40,347 bases of DNA from a virus (Duplodnaviria; Caudoviricetes): positions 1-40,347 of IMG/VR virus record IMGVR_UViG_3300012940_000049. One strand, 5' to 3'. The position numbers and the translations under genes are program-made. A model generated the notes under the pieces. It was not told the DNA's origin, did no database searches, and saw only the letters and a program-made list of their open reading frames with translations. Of the stretch, positions 26,410-34,638 are shown piece by piece; position 1 is the first letter of the stretch, and each line of letters opens with the position of its first letter.

Positions 26410-26501
26410 GGCGATGCGGGCTTGCCAGGGGCTTAGCGCGCCCTTAGTCGGTAGCAATCCAACGTGAAATCAAGGGTTTACCCCTCCTCCACCGTCGCGG
26501 T

Positions 26502-26530
26502 TTGCCATCCGGCTAAGGACATGCTAGACC
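26502..26530 (+). promoter_or_regulatory. promoter TTGCCA-N17-TAGACC (extended -10 TG) for the replication operon
   Basis: Spacing read directly from the sequence. Confidence 0.55.
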
Positions 26531-26638
26531 ACCCTCTCTACAGAATAAGAAATTAGCTCTTAGGCGACACCTGGATCGATCGGCGTGCGCCCCCCTCCCC
26601 GCAGTACCTCTCTAACAACTAACGTAAGGACTACTCTA

Positions 26639-28711
26639 ATGGCTAACGCACGTAAGGCTGTAGACCCTGGCGCGCTGATGCTCGCTGACCTGGCACGTAG
26701 CGGGCTCACCGCGGAGCACGCAAAGGCGATGCGCCTAGCGCCTAAGACCAAGGAACAAAGCGCTACGCTCGCCCTCCCCCACCGCGGAGTCGGCTACCTG
26801 ATCCCGTACCTCGATGCCAAGGGCAAGCCGGTACAGTTCTACCGCTACCGCTTCTTGGAGGAGACGCGTACAGGTTTCGATTTGATCAACGGGACGAAGC
26901 CGCGCCGCTATGAGCAGCCCGCCAAGTCGGTAAGTCGCATCTATCTCGCCCCCACCCTCGCCTCTACTACGAAAAACAAATACGAGTGGGAGGCCGTGCA
27001 GGCCGACGCGGCTCGCCCGCTGGTGATCACGGAGGGCGAAAAGAAAGCCGCTGCCGCCTGCGCCGCCGGTATCCCCACCGTAGGGCTCGGTGGTGTCTGG
27101 AATTGGAAGGCCAAGAAACTTGGTATCGACTTCCTCCCCGATCTCGATGCGTTCGCATGGAAGGATCGGGAGGTGACGATCTGCTTCGATTCCGACGCGG
27201 CATTGAACGAAAACATCCGCCAGGCCGAGGATCATCTGGCGAAGGCGCTCACCTCGCGCGGCGCCGTGGTGTACGTGGCGCGGCTGCCGATGGCCGGTAG
27301 CCAGAAGCAGGGCATGGATGATCTGCTCGTGACGAAGGGCGTAGACGCCTTGCGTGACGCGCTCAACGCAGCGCTCGCGTGGGAGGCGGGCAGCGAACTG
27401 CGGAAGCTGAATGAGGAGGTGGTGTTGGTCCGCTCCACCGCGATGATTTACGAGCTAGCTACCGGCTATTACTACAGCCGCGCGGATTTCAACACGGTTT
27501 TTGCCGATCGCATCACCTACGTAGGCGACGGCGACAAGCGCCGCCCCATCCCCGCCGCTAAGGCGTGGTTTGAGTGGCCGCATCGCGCTGCTGTCAACGA
27601 AGTTGTCTACCGCCCCGGTGAGCCTCCGATCACGGATGCGGGTGAACTCAATTCCTGGCGACCCGCTACGCATGACGGCGTGCCGCTGCAGCCGCGCAAG
27701 GGCGACGTGACTCCGTACCGCGATCTGTTCGCCCTCCTCACCGCCGGATGCACGCGCGAGGAACGCAGGTGGCTGGAACAGTGGATCGCCTATCCGATCC
27801 AATGCCCCGGCACCAAGCTGTATAGCGCGGTGGTGCTGTGGAGCATCGCACAGGGCAACGGCAAGAGCCTGCTGGCGGAGATCATCGGTAGTCTGTACGG
27901 CGCGAATTACACCAAGATCACGGATGCGCAGCTGGAGGCGCCGTTCAACGGGTGGGCTGCGCGCAAGCAGTTCATCCTGGGTGATGATCTCACCGCGCAG
28001 AGTAACCGGAAGCTGCACAACAAGCTCAAGGTGATGGTCACGCAGTTGTCCGTGAACATCAACGAAAAGTACCTCAAGGCGTACGATCAGCTGGACACCA
28101 TCAACTACGTGTTTACATCCAACGACGCCAACGTATTTCTCATCGACAACAAGGATCGCCGCTTCTTCATCCACGAAGTCACCTCCCCGCCCGCCCCCGC
28201 GTCGTTCTACGATTCCGTAGACCGCTGGTATCGCTCGCGTGAGGGCAAGGAAGCGCTGCTCTACTACCTGCTGAACGACGTAGATACGGAGGGCTTCCGC
28301 CCCCACGCGCCGCCGCCGTTCACCTCGGCCAAGCGCGCGATGGTGAATGCGTCCATGTCTGATGTGGACCAGCTGATCCAGGACTTGATCGCTGACCCTG
28401 ACAGCTACCTCGTAAGCGAAGGCATCGCGTCGGGCGGCGACCTGATCACGGGGCCTGAACTGCGTGGGTTGATCGCGCGCAAGGTGGAGGATTTCCGAAT
28501 GAACGAATCCACCATCGGCAGGAAGATGAAAGAAGCGGGCTGCCCCGCGATCATGCCTTCGGACATCACGTCGCCGCTCGGGATCGTCCGCATCGGCAAC
28601 GGGCAGCGGGTCAAGTTCTACCCGCTGCGCAACGTCGATAAGTGGGCCCACGCTACCGCTGATCAGCTGCGCCAGCACTTTGCAAAGTTCCGCAAGGGAC
28701 AGAGGGCGTAA
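26639..28711 (+). CDS. primase-helicase (DUF3854/TOPRIM domain plus SF3/DUF5906-type NTPase)
   Basis: ATG 26639 with AAGGA RBS; ITEGEKKA, FDSD and GMDD TOPRIM motifs; Walker A AQGNGKS; FTSN; DRRFF. Confidence 0.9.
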   Translation: MANARKAVDPGALMLADLARSGLTAEHAKAMRLAPKTKEQSATLALPHRGVGYLIPYLDAKGKPVQFYRYRFLEETRTGFDLINGTKPRRYEQPAKSVSRIYLAPTLASTTKNKYEWEAVQADAARPLVITEGEKKAAAACAAGIPTVGLGGVWNWKAKKLGIDFLPDLDAFAWKDREVTICFDSDAALNENIRQAEDHLAKALTSRGAVVYVARLPMAGSQKQGMDDLLVTKGVDALRDALNAALAWEAGSELRKLNEEVVLVRSTAMIYELATGYYYSRADFNTVFADRITYVGDGDKRRPIPAAKAWFEWPHRAAVNEVVYRPGEPPITDAGELNSWRPATHDGVPLQPRKGDVTPYRDLFALLTAGCTREERRWLEQWIAYPIQCPGTKLYSAVVLWSIAQGNGKSLLAEIIGSLYGANYTKITDAQLEAPFNGWAARKQFILGDDLTAQSNRKLHNKLKVMVTQLSVNINEKYLKAYDQLDTINYVFTSNDANVFLIDNKDRRFFIHEVTSPPAPASFYDSVDRWYRSREGKEALLYYLLNDVDTEGFRPHAPPPFTSAKRAMVNASMSDVDQLIQDLIADPDSYLVSEGIASGGDLITGPELRGLIARKVEDFRMNESTIGRKMKEAGCPAIMPSDITSPLGIVRIGNGQRVKFYPLRNVDKWAHATADQLRQHFAKFRKGQRA

Positions 28712-28872
28712 TGCGTGAGCCCAAGCTGCCCGCGTGCGGCCTATGCGGTAGGCCCTCCCACCTGCGCACGTGCTCAAGCTGCGGCGTGCGGTATTGCCGC
28801 GCGTGCACGCGAGCAGGGTATGGGCGCAAGGGCGTACGTAAGTGCTGGCCCTGTATCGTACGTAACACGTAA
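28711..28872 (+). CDS. 53-aa Zn-finger microprotein (not in the ORF track)
   Basis: TAATG overlap with the primase stop; MREPKLPACGLCGRPSHLRTCSSCGVRYCRACTRAGYGRKGVRKCWPCIVRNT has four CxxC motifs. Confidence 0.7.
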   Translation: MREPKLPACGLCGRPSHLRTCSSCGVRYCRACTRAGYGRKGVRKCWPCIVRNT

Positions 28873-28958
28873 AGAGCCCTACCCGCTTGAGGCTCTAGGC
28901 GGCGGGGCGGACTATCGAGTAGCCTGTAGGGGATTCATGCAGGAAAGGAGCGTAGCGG

Positions 28959-29213
28959 ATGAGCGCGGGGCGTAAAGCGTTGGCGCCGTACGAGGTGAGC
29001 ATGGGGATCTGCTACACGGTCCCGCCCCACGGAGACGCCAGGATCGTGGTACTCCGTAGGGACGGCGAGTGGTACACGGGTATCGAGCGGCGGGACGACG
29101 ATGGCGATTGGGTGCACGTACGGGGATCGGCGCGGCGGCACGTAAGCGAGGATAGCGCGTACGAGCGCGCTACGGCGCTGTGGACTACCGAGAGCAAGAT
29201 GGGGGTGTGCTGA
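28959..29213 (+). CDS. hypothetical protein
   Basis: AAGGAG RBS; TGATG coupling to the next gene. Confidence 0.65.
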   Translation: MSAGRKALAPYEVSMGICYTVPPHGDARIVVLRRDGEWYTGIERRDDDGDWVHVRGSARRHVSEDSAYERATALWTTESKMGVC

Positions 29214-29470
29214 TGAGCCGGGAAATCTCGACGTGCGAGTGCGGTCACGATCTCGCGGCGAACCACGACACGATCACCGCCCTCCGCGCCCGCATCACCG
29301 CGCTGGAGGCGGTGGTGGGGGCGGCGCGCGAGCTTCGCGCTGCACAGCTGCATCTCGCCAACACCAGCATCTTGGGCAACCGCTGGCGCGATGCGGTTGA
29401 GCGCTACACGGCAGCGCGCATGGCATTCGATGCTGCCCTCGCGCGCCTCGATGCCGGAGGTGATAGCTAA
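29213..29470 (+). CDS. hypothetical coiled-coil protein
   Basis: Start MSREIST at the TGATG overlap; TAATG overlap at its end. Confidence 0.65.
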   Translation: MSREISTCECGHDLAANHDTITALRARITALEAVVGAARELRAAQLHLANTSILGNRWRDAVERYTAARMAFDAALARLDAGGDS

Positions 29471-29808
29471 TGGGTAGGCACAGTGTGTGCGACGCGCTGC
29501 GGTGCGATGTCGGTACATGCAAGTGGACGCTGCGCCCTACCACGTATCGCTGCGAGGGCTGCGGGCGTGGTGTCTGCAACTCTCACAGCTACGGCACGAC
29601 GAAACGGCGGTGGTGCCCGCCGTGCGAATCGAAGCTTGAGGTGCGGTTGCGGACGCGGCCCGCGGGGCGTCGGATCAGGACGCGCGAGGAAGAACGGGCG
29701 CGCAAGGGGCGCTGCCCCCATCACGGCAGGAGGCTAGAGCGGGCGGACGAAACGCGGTGGGTGTGTCCGTGTCTCGATTGCGGTTACTCGGTAAAGCGGG
29801 AGGGATGA
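29470..29808 (+). CDS. Cys-rich multi-Zn-finger protein
   Basis: GGAGG RBS; CEGC, CNSH, CPPC, CPHH and CLDC motifs. Confidence 0.7.
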   Translation: MGRHSVCDALRCDVGTCKWTLRPTTYRCEGCGRGVCNSHSYGTTKRRWCPPCESKLEVRLRTRPAGRRIRTREEERARKGRCPHHGRRLERADETRWVCPCLDCGYSVKREG

Positions 29809-29809
29809 A

Positions 29810-30124
29810 ATGCGTGTCGCGTGGAATCAGATGCGTAAGACGGTGCGGTTGCGCCTGGGGCCGAGCGAGCGCCCCACGGCGGCGGATCTGCGGCGGGTGC
29901 TCCAGCTGATGTGCCCGCCCACCGAGGACCAGCGGCGGGCGGCGGCGCTGATCAATCAGCCGATCACCACTGACCTGATCTACCGGATGCGGATGGGTGA
30001 CTCGCTCACCTACTTCCAGGTCGCGTTGCTGGCGGACTACTACACGGAGGCGGAGAAGCGCGCGGATGAGCGCTCGCGCGATGCGCTGCAGCAGCTGTTC
30101 TACCGGGGGACCGAGCATGTTTGA
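29810..30124 (+). CDS. hypothetical protein
   Basis: GGAGG RBS; part of an operon-like run of genes. Confidence 0.65.
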   Translation: MRVAWNQMRKTVRLRLGPSERPTAADLRRVLQLMCPPTEDQRRAAALINQPITTDLIYRMRMGDSLTYFQVALLADYYTEAEKRADERSRDALQQLFYRGTEHV

Positions 30125-30224
30125 TCTGACGCGTCGGGGCCTGCAGTTCGCTTTCGCGGCCGTTTTCTGGTCGTTCGTATCCGGCTGCATGTGGGCCGGT
30201 ATCCTGTGGTGGGTGTTCGCATGA
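30117..30224 (+). CDS. 35-aa membrane peptide
   Basis: MFDLTRRGLQFAFAAVFWSFVSGCMWAGILWWVFA; fills the gap and has an ATGA overlap with the next gene. Confidence 0.5.
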   Translation: MFDLTRRGLQFAFAAVFWSFVSGCMWAGILWWVFA

Positions 30225-30589
30225 TGTGGATCTGGATCGGGCCCATGCACGCGCTCGCGCTCGCGCTGATGTGGATTGCGCGGGCGCGCGGGGTGTGGGG
30301 CGATGAATACGTGGTGCCGACTGACGGGTGGGCGCGGCGGTGGATGCGCCGCCACGGGATCGCCGCCATCACGCTTAGCGCGCGGTGCATCGTGTGGCGT
30401 GATGCGGATCTCGCCATGTCCACGCGTCTGGTGAGTCACGAACTCGCCCACGTGGCGCAGCACGCTCGCTTCGGCCCCTTCTTCCTCCCCATCTACGCGG
30501 CTTGCTCGCTGTGGTCCTGGCTGCGTGGTACGGGGCTCTATGAGGGCAACGCACTGGAGCGCGAAGCGCGTAGTTGGGAGGGCAAATGA
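30221..30589 (+). CDS. HEXXH zincin-like protein (DUF4157-like)
   Basis: AITL...LVSHELAHVAQ...Y..NALEREAR. Confidence 0.75.
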   Translation: MMWIWIGPMHALALALMWIARARGVWGDEYVVPTDGWARRWMRRHGIAAITLSARCIVWRDADLAMSTRLVSHELAHVAQHARFGPFFLPIYAACSLWSWLRGTGLYEGNALEREARSWEGK

Positions 30590-30729
30590 GGACGGCGGCA
30601 GCGATAGGATGTGTGTCCACGGTACTGGCTAGCGTGGTCTGCGGCGCGTGTGGTGAGCCGCTGGCGGCAGCCATCTACGCTGTAGCAACTGCGATCTACG
30701 TAGCGTGCGGCTACGTGGCGGAGGGATGA
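30586..30729 (+). CDS. 47-aa hydrophobic microprotein
   Basis: ATGA overlaps at both ends; MRTAAAIGCVSTVLASVVCGACGEPLAAAIYAVATAIYVACGYVAEG. Confidence 0.5.
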   Translation: MRTAAAIGCVSTVLASVVCGACGEPLAAAIYAVATAIYVACGYVAEG

Positions 30730-31043
30730 TGGTGAACTGGTTTTCCGTGCTAGGCGTGAATCGCGCTAGTACGCGGGCGGAGATCGATGTAGCGCGTAGG
30801 GCGCTGGCGCTGGAGGCGCATCCTGATCACGGTGGTACGCAGGAGGCGATGGCGAGGCTCAACGAGGCTCACCGCACGCTCACAGATCCGCAGGCACGTA
30901 CCGCGTATCTGCTGGTCCTCGACTCGACGGGCCCGTGGTGCGGCACGTGCGGCGGCGCGGGTGTGCTGCGGAGACAGCGCGGGTTCACCGCAGCGACCAT
31001 CACCACCTGCCCCACCTGCCGCGGAAGCGGGGTGCTGTTGTGA
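30726..31043 (+). CDS. J-domain (DnaJ-like) protein with CxxCxGxG Zn finger
   Basis: WFSVLGV...LEAHPDHGG...LNEAHRTLTD, then CGTCGGAG and CPTCRGSG. Confidence 0.88.
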   Translation: MMVNWFSVLGVNRASTRAEIDVARRALALEAHPDHGGTQEAMARLNEAHRTLTDPQARTAYLLVLDSTGPWCGTCGGAGVLRRQRGFTAATITTCPTCRGSGVLL

Positions 31044-31696
31044 TCCTGAACTACAGCGAGATCCGCGCGCTGCTGTACGACGGAACCATCACCGGAGCGC
31101 ATCCCGACCAGGTGAATGGTACCAGCTTGGACGTGACGCTAGGCGATACAATCATGGTGGAGCGTGAGCCGCGCATTGGGCGAGTCGTATCGCTGCGCGA
31201 GCGCACCCCGCTGACCATGTGCCCGCACACCATAGGTGACGGCGGCTACATCCTGCGCCCTGGTGAATTCATCCTCGCTCACACACGCGAGCGGTTCCAC
31301 CTGCCGCTACACCTTAGCGCGCAGTACGTCGCTAAGAGCAGCATGGGGCGCGTGGGGCTGGATCACATGGATGCGGGGTGGTGCGATCCCGGCTGGCACG
31401 GCTCCGCGCTCACGCTGGAACTGGTGAATCACACGAAGTACCACAGCATCCTACTGCAGCCGGGGGATCGCATCGGCCAGCTGGTGTTCATCACGGCCAA
31501 GCCCGTGCCGTGGGCGGTGAGCTACGCGGTACGCGGCGCGTACAACCAGGATGCGAGTGTAGCAGGCCCGCGCCACAGGGAGCGTAGAGCGTTGGACGCG
31601 CCGTGCTCCAGCTGTGGTAGCGACTATCACAACGCCCACGAGTGCGGCCCCGTCACGCGAGTGCGCGAGCGGATGATCAGGGATCAGGAGGAATAA
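31040..31696 (+). CDS. dcd: dCTP deaminase with C-terminal CCHC Zn knuckle
   Basis: GTG start at 31040; SLDVTLG, LRPGEFILAHTRE, KSSMGRVG, DPGWHG, LTLELVN, RIGQLVF. Confidence 0.9.
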   Translation: MILNYSEIRALLYDGTITGAHPDQVNGTSLDVTLGDTIMVEREPRIGRVVSLRERTPLTMCPHTIGDGGYILRPGEFILAHTRERFHLPLHLSAQYVAKSSMGRVGLDHMDAGWCDPGWHGSALTLELVNHTKYHSILLQPGDRIGQLVFITAKPVPWAVSYAVRGAYNQDASVAGPRHRERRALDAPCSSCGSDYHNAHECGPVTRVRERMIRDQEE

Positions 31697-31699
31697 TCG

Positions 31700-32407
31700 A
31701 TGGCGACCAAGGAAATCTACAGAGTAGATGGGCAGCCCGAGATCCGCGCGATCTGCGAAGAATGCGGGGATGTGCTGGTGTTCACGCGGTTGGCGGACGG
31801 GCGGCTGCCGCCCACTCCGCACGGCTGCCGTCCGGTTGATCCGTGCGGCGGGTGTGGCGTGCGTGGCTGCAGCGCGCAGGCTCTCCATGAGGCGGTGGCT
31901 GCCAGCCCCGGCGTGCGGACGCACCAGGCGCGCGTGGAGGTGCTGCGTGAGCACGGGATCACGCTGCCCGCCACGTGGGGACGTGATGCCGAGTCCGATC
32001 GGTTCGTGGAGTCCATCGCCAACGCGCTGGAGCGCTACCGCGCGCAGCTGCAGGGGCTGCCCGAGCCGCAGGCAATCGAGGTGAACCCGCCCGCCGATGC
32101 TGCGCAGCTGGAGCACGTGCGCGAAGAGTTCCGTAAGCGGTACGGCTCCGAGCGTGAGAGCGCAGCGGCGCAGGCTGCGGGCTACACCCCCGAACTTTCG
32201 GCGCAGCTGTGGGGAGAGCCCACCGCACCGCGTACGAAGTGCGGGGAATGCAGCGGGCGGGGCCACGTCGGGATCTTCATGCGGCGGGAGTGCGAAGCCT
32301 GCGGCGGTACTGGGCACGCTGCGCGGCGCAAGTGCGAATACTGCGGCAGGTCCGTCAACCCGCGCGACGTGATGTGCGCGTGGTGTTGGGGGGAGGTGGA
32401 AGAATGA
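31700..32407 (+). CDS. Cys-rich protein with DnaJ-type Zn-finger repeats
   Basis: CEEC, CGGC, CGECSGRG, CEACGGTG, CEYC and CAWC motifs. Confidence 0.7.
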   Translation: MATKEIYRVDGQPEIRAICEECGDVLVFTRLADGRLPPTPHGCRPVDPCGGCGVRGCSAQALHEAVAASPGVRTHQARVEVLREHGITLPATWGRDAESDRFVESIANALERYRAQLQGLPEPQAIEVNPPADAAQLEHVREEFRKRYGSERESAAAQAAGYTPELSAQLWGEPTAPRTKCGECSGRGHVGIFMRRECEACGGTGHAARRKCEYCGRSVNPRDVMCAWCWGEVEE

Positions 32408-33318
32408 AAGTGATGCTCGCGCCTCGTGAGGTGCCATCGCCCGATCAGCTGCGGTTCCCGCTGCTGTGTTCGCCCAAGCTGGACGGCGTGCGCGCCGTGA
32501 TCGTCGGCGGCGTGGTGATGAGCCGTAGCATGAAACCGCTCCCCAACAAGTCGATACAGCAGCGGTTCGGCAAGGCGGTGATCGATGGCCTGGACGGCGA
32601 ATTGATCGTAGGCCCCGCCACCGATCCCAACGTGTTTCAACACACGATGTCCGGGGTGATGTCTGTAGACGGTAGCCCGATGGCGACGTTCTGCGTGTTT
32701 GATTACGCACCCACCACGGCCGCGCAGGTGGCGGGCTGGAGGAAGTGGGGGCACGCGTACGACAAGCGCCTGGCGCGCGTAGAGCAGTTGGTCAAGGTGG
32801 CGGGCGTAGCGCGGGTGGAGGTGCTGCGGCAAACGCTGGTGACGAACGCGGAAGCGCTGGAGGCGTACGAAGCGGAGACGGTGGCGGCTGGATACGAGGG
32901 CGTGATCGCGCGCAGCCCCACGGGCCCCTACAAGCTTGGGCGGTGCACGCTCAAGGAGGCTAACGTATACAAGATCAAGCGCTTTGAGGACTTTGAGTGC
33001 GAGATCATTGGCTACGAAGAAGAAAAGGAGAACACCAACGAGGCGAAGCGCAACGCGGCTGGACGGTTGGAGCGCTCTAGCGCGAAGGCGGGGAAAGTCG
33101 GTAAGGATACGCTCGGCGCGCTGCACATGCGCCGCCTCGATACCGGCGTGGAGTTTCGCTGCGGCACTGGGTTCAGCGCCAGGCAGCGCGCAGAACTGTG
33201 GGCGATGCGTAACGATTTGCCGGGGCGGATTGCTACCTGCAAATCCTTCCCCCACGGGGTAGTAGACAAGCCCCGCCACCCTGTTTTCAAGGGGTTGCGG
33301 AGCCCGCTGGATACCTAG
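32404..33318 (+). CDS. minimal ATP-dependent DNA ligase
   Basis: ATG 32404; motif I SPKLDGVR, III LDGELI, IIIa FCVFD, IV EGVIAR, V KIK, VI PRHPVFKGLR. Confidence 0.93.
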   Translation: MKVMLAPREVPSPDQLRFPLLCSPKLDGVRAVIVGGVVMSRSMKPLPNKSIQQRFGKAVIDGLDGELIVGPATDPNVFQHTMSGVMSVDGSPMATFCVFDYAPTTAAQVAGWRKWGHAYDKRLARVEQLVKVAGVARVEVLRQTLVTNAEALEAYEAETVAAGYEGVIARSPTGPYKLGRCTLKEANVYKIKRFEDFECEIIGYEEEKENTNEAKRNAAGRLERSSAKAGKVGKDTLGALHMRRLDTGVEFRCGTGFSARQRAELWAMRNDLPGRIATCKSFPHGVVDKPRHPVFKGLRSPLDT

Positions 33319-33348
33319 TTGACGTGGCGCGTAAGTAGGGTGTAGCGT
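33319..33348 (+). promoter_or_regulatory. promoter TTGACG-N18-TAGCGT
   Basis: Directly after the ligase stop; same -35 hexamer as the early promoters. Confidence 0.6.
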
Positions 33349-33355
33349 CTGGTCT

Positions 33356-33510
33356 ACCGCTTAGGTTCCCCCCAACCTGGCGGTTGCGCACCCTGGTAGT
33401 GATAGCCGCTACCAGGGTGCGCGCGTTCTCGGGCGGGCCCACGGCGGGCGGTAGCCGTACACGCTAAGTCCGTAGTCCATAGTACCGAGTAACGCAGTCT
33501 CTAACGGCTA
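33356..33510 (+). ncRNA. candidate structured leader / small RNA
   Basis: Hairpin with a C6 loop (33356-33384), a 14-bp perfect hairpin (33386-33422) and alternative pairings near the RBS. Confidence 0.35.
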
Positions 33511-33523
33511 GGAATGGATCGAT

Positions 33524-33910
33524 ATGAAGATCCCCAAAACGCTCGGCGCATGCGCTGATGCGCTCTACAGGGTACGTGAGGAACGGCTGGCCCTGCAGGA
33601 ACAGGTGGAGCAGCTGCGGAAACACGAAGCGGCGCTCACCGATCACATCATCAACAATCTGCCCAAGTCCGATGCTCGCGGTATCGCGGGCAAGATCGTG
33701 CGCGTGACGATCAAGAAGAAGCGCGTCCCCACCGTACGCGATTGGGATGCGCTGCATGCTTACGTGCTCAAGCATGCGAAGAAGGGTGCGTTCTCGCTGC
33801 TGCAGCGCCGCATCTCCGTGGCGGCGGTAGAGGAGATTTGGGAGGCGGGTAAGCAGCTGCCGGGCGTGGAGCCGTTTGACGCTGTAACACTTTCGGTGAA
33901 CAAGCTGTGA
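33524..33910 (+). CDS. conserved phage replication-module protein
   Basis: N-terminal coiled coil, then V.DWDAL...LLQRRIS...PGVE, a pattern commonly seen upstream of SSB/PolA genes. Confidence 0.75.
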   Translation: MKIPKTLGACADALYRVREERLALQEQVEQLRKHEAALTDHIINNLPKSDARGIAGKIVRVTIKKKRVPTVRDWDALHAYVLKHAKKGAFSLLQRRISVAAVEEIWEAGKQLPGVEPFDAVTLSVNKL

Positions 33911-34356
33911 GCCGCCGCACGAAGGCGCCGCCGTACCGCATAAAGTACGAGCAGATCATCGACGGGGCCACGTTCCTCGCGGAGTGCGAGTTGCGCGCGG
34001 AGTCTCCTGCGCGTGCCGCAGAATTCATGTTCTCGTGCGCGCCTGGCGTTACGTGGGTGCGCATCCTCGGCGTGGACTACCGCAACCCCGCGCTGGCGCA
34101 GACTGCCGCTGTAGAGCAGCCCACCAACATCATGGGTGAATCGCTCCCCACAGAAGCGCCGCCCGAATTCCATGTCGGGCTGCTGCGCGAGTGGACGGCT
34201 GTAGTCTGTACGTCGCTTGATGTCGAGGTGGCCGTCGCTCGGATGAACGCTGACTATCCGCCTGACGAGGTGGGCGACCCCCTGTGGCGGTGCAGCATGG
34301 TGGAGCCGTGCCAGGACCATGACGGGAACAAACACATTTCTTTCAGTAGGGGGTAG
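33907..34356 (+). CDS. hypothetical protein
   Basis: GTGA overlap with the upstream gene. Confidence 0.6.
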   Translation: MSRRTKAPPYRIKYEQIIDGATFLAECELRAESPARAAEFMFSCAPGVTWVRILGVDYRNPALAQTAAVEQPTNIMGESLPTEAPPEFHVGLLREWTAVVCTSLDVEVAVARMNADYPPDEVGDPLWRCSMVEPCQDHDGNKHISFSRG

Positions 34357-34361
34357 GCGAA

Positions 34362-34610
34362 ATGCTGGAACTGGAGCCGGTAGATGCGAAGGCGCGGGAT
34401 CTGATGCAGCTGCTCGGCGTGATCGTGTTTCGCGCTGGCGGAGTCATGACGATCGATCCCGCTGACGTGGTGAGCATGCGTGAGGCGGGCCCGCACGATC
34501 TGGTCATCGGGATCGATGGGGAGACTGACGCGCTCAAGATCAAGGTGGTGCCCGCCGCGCCGCGTACTGTGTACGGCGGTGGTTCGGCGGGCGGATTCGG
34601 TAGCAACTAG
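34362..34610 (+). CDS. hypothetical protein
   Basis: Operon position and codon usage. Confidence 0.6.
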   Translation: MLELEPVDAKARDLMQLLGVIVFRAGGVMTIDPADVVSMREAGPHDLVIGIDGETDALKIKVVPAAPRTVYGGGSAGGFGSN

Positions 34611-34638
34611 GTGCGCGTAAAGCGCAAGGAGCGACGTA

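Noticed and set aside
27455-28777. 440-aa antisense ORF opposite the primase-helicase
   Set aside because: Typical shadow ORF from high-GC codon bias; no motif or RBS.
28887-28915. Possible promoter TTGAGG-N17-GACTAT
   Set aside because: Both boxes match consensus too weakly to call without TSS data.
33349-33523. tRNA or self-cleaving ribozyme
   Set aside because: No T-loop GTTCRA or cloverleaf and no hammerhead core (CTGANGA/GAAA) could be identified; kept only as a generic structured RNA candidate.
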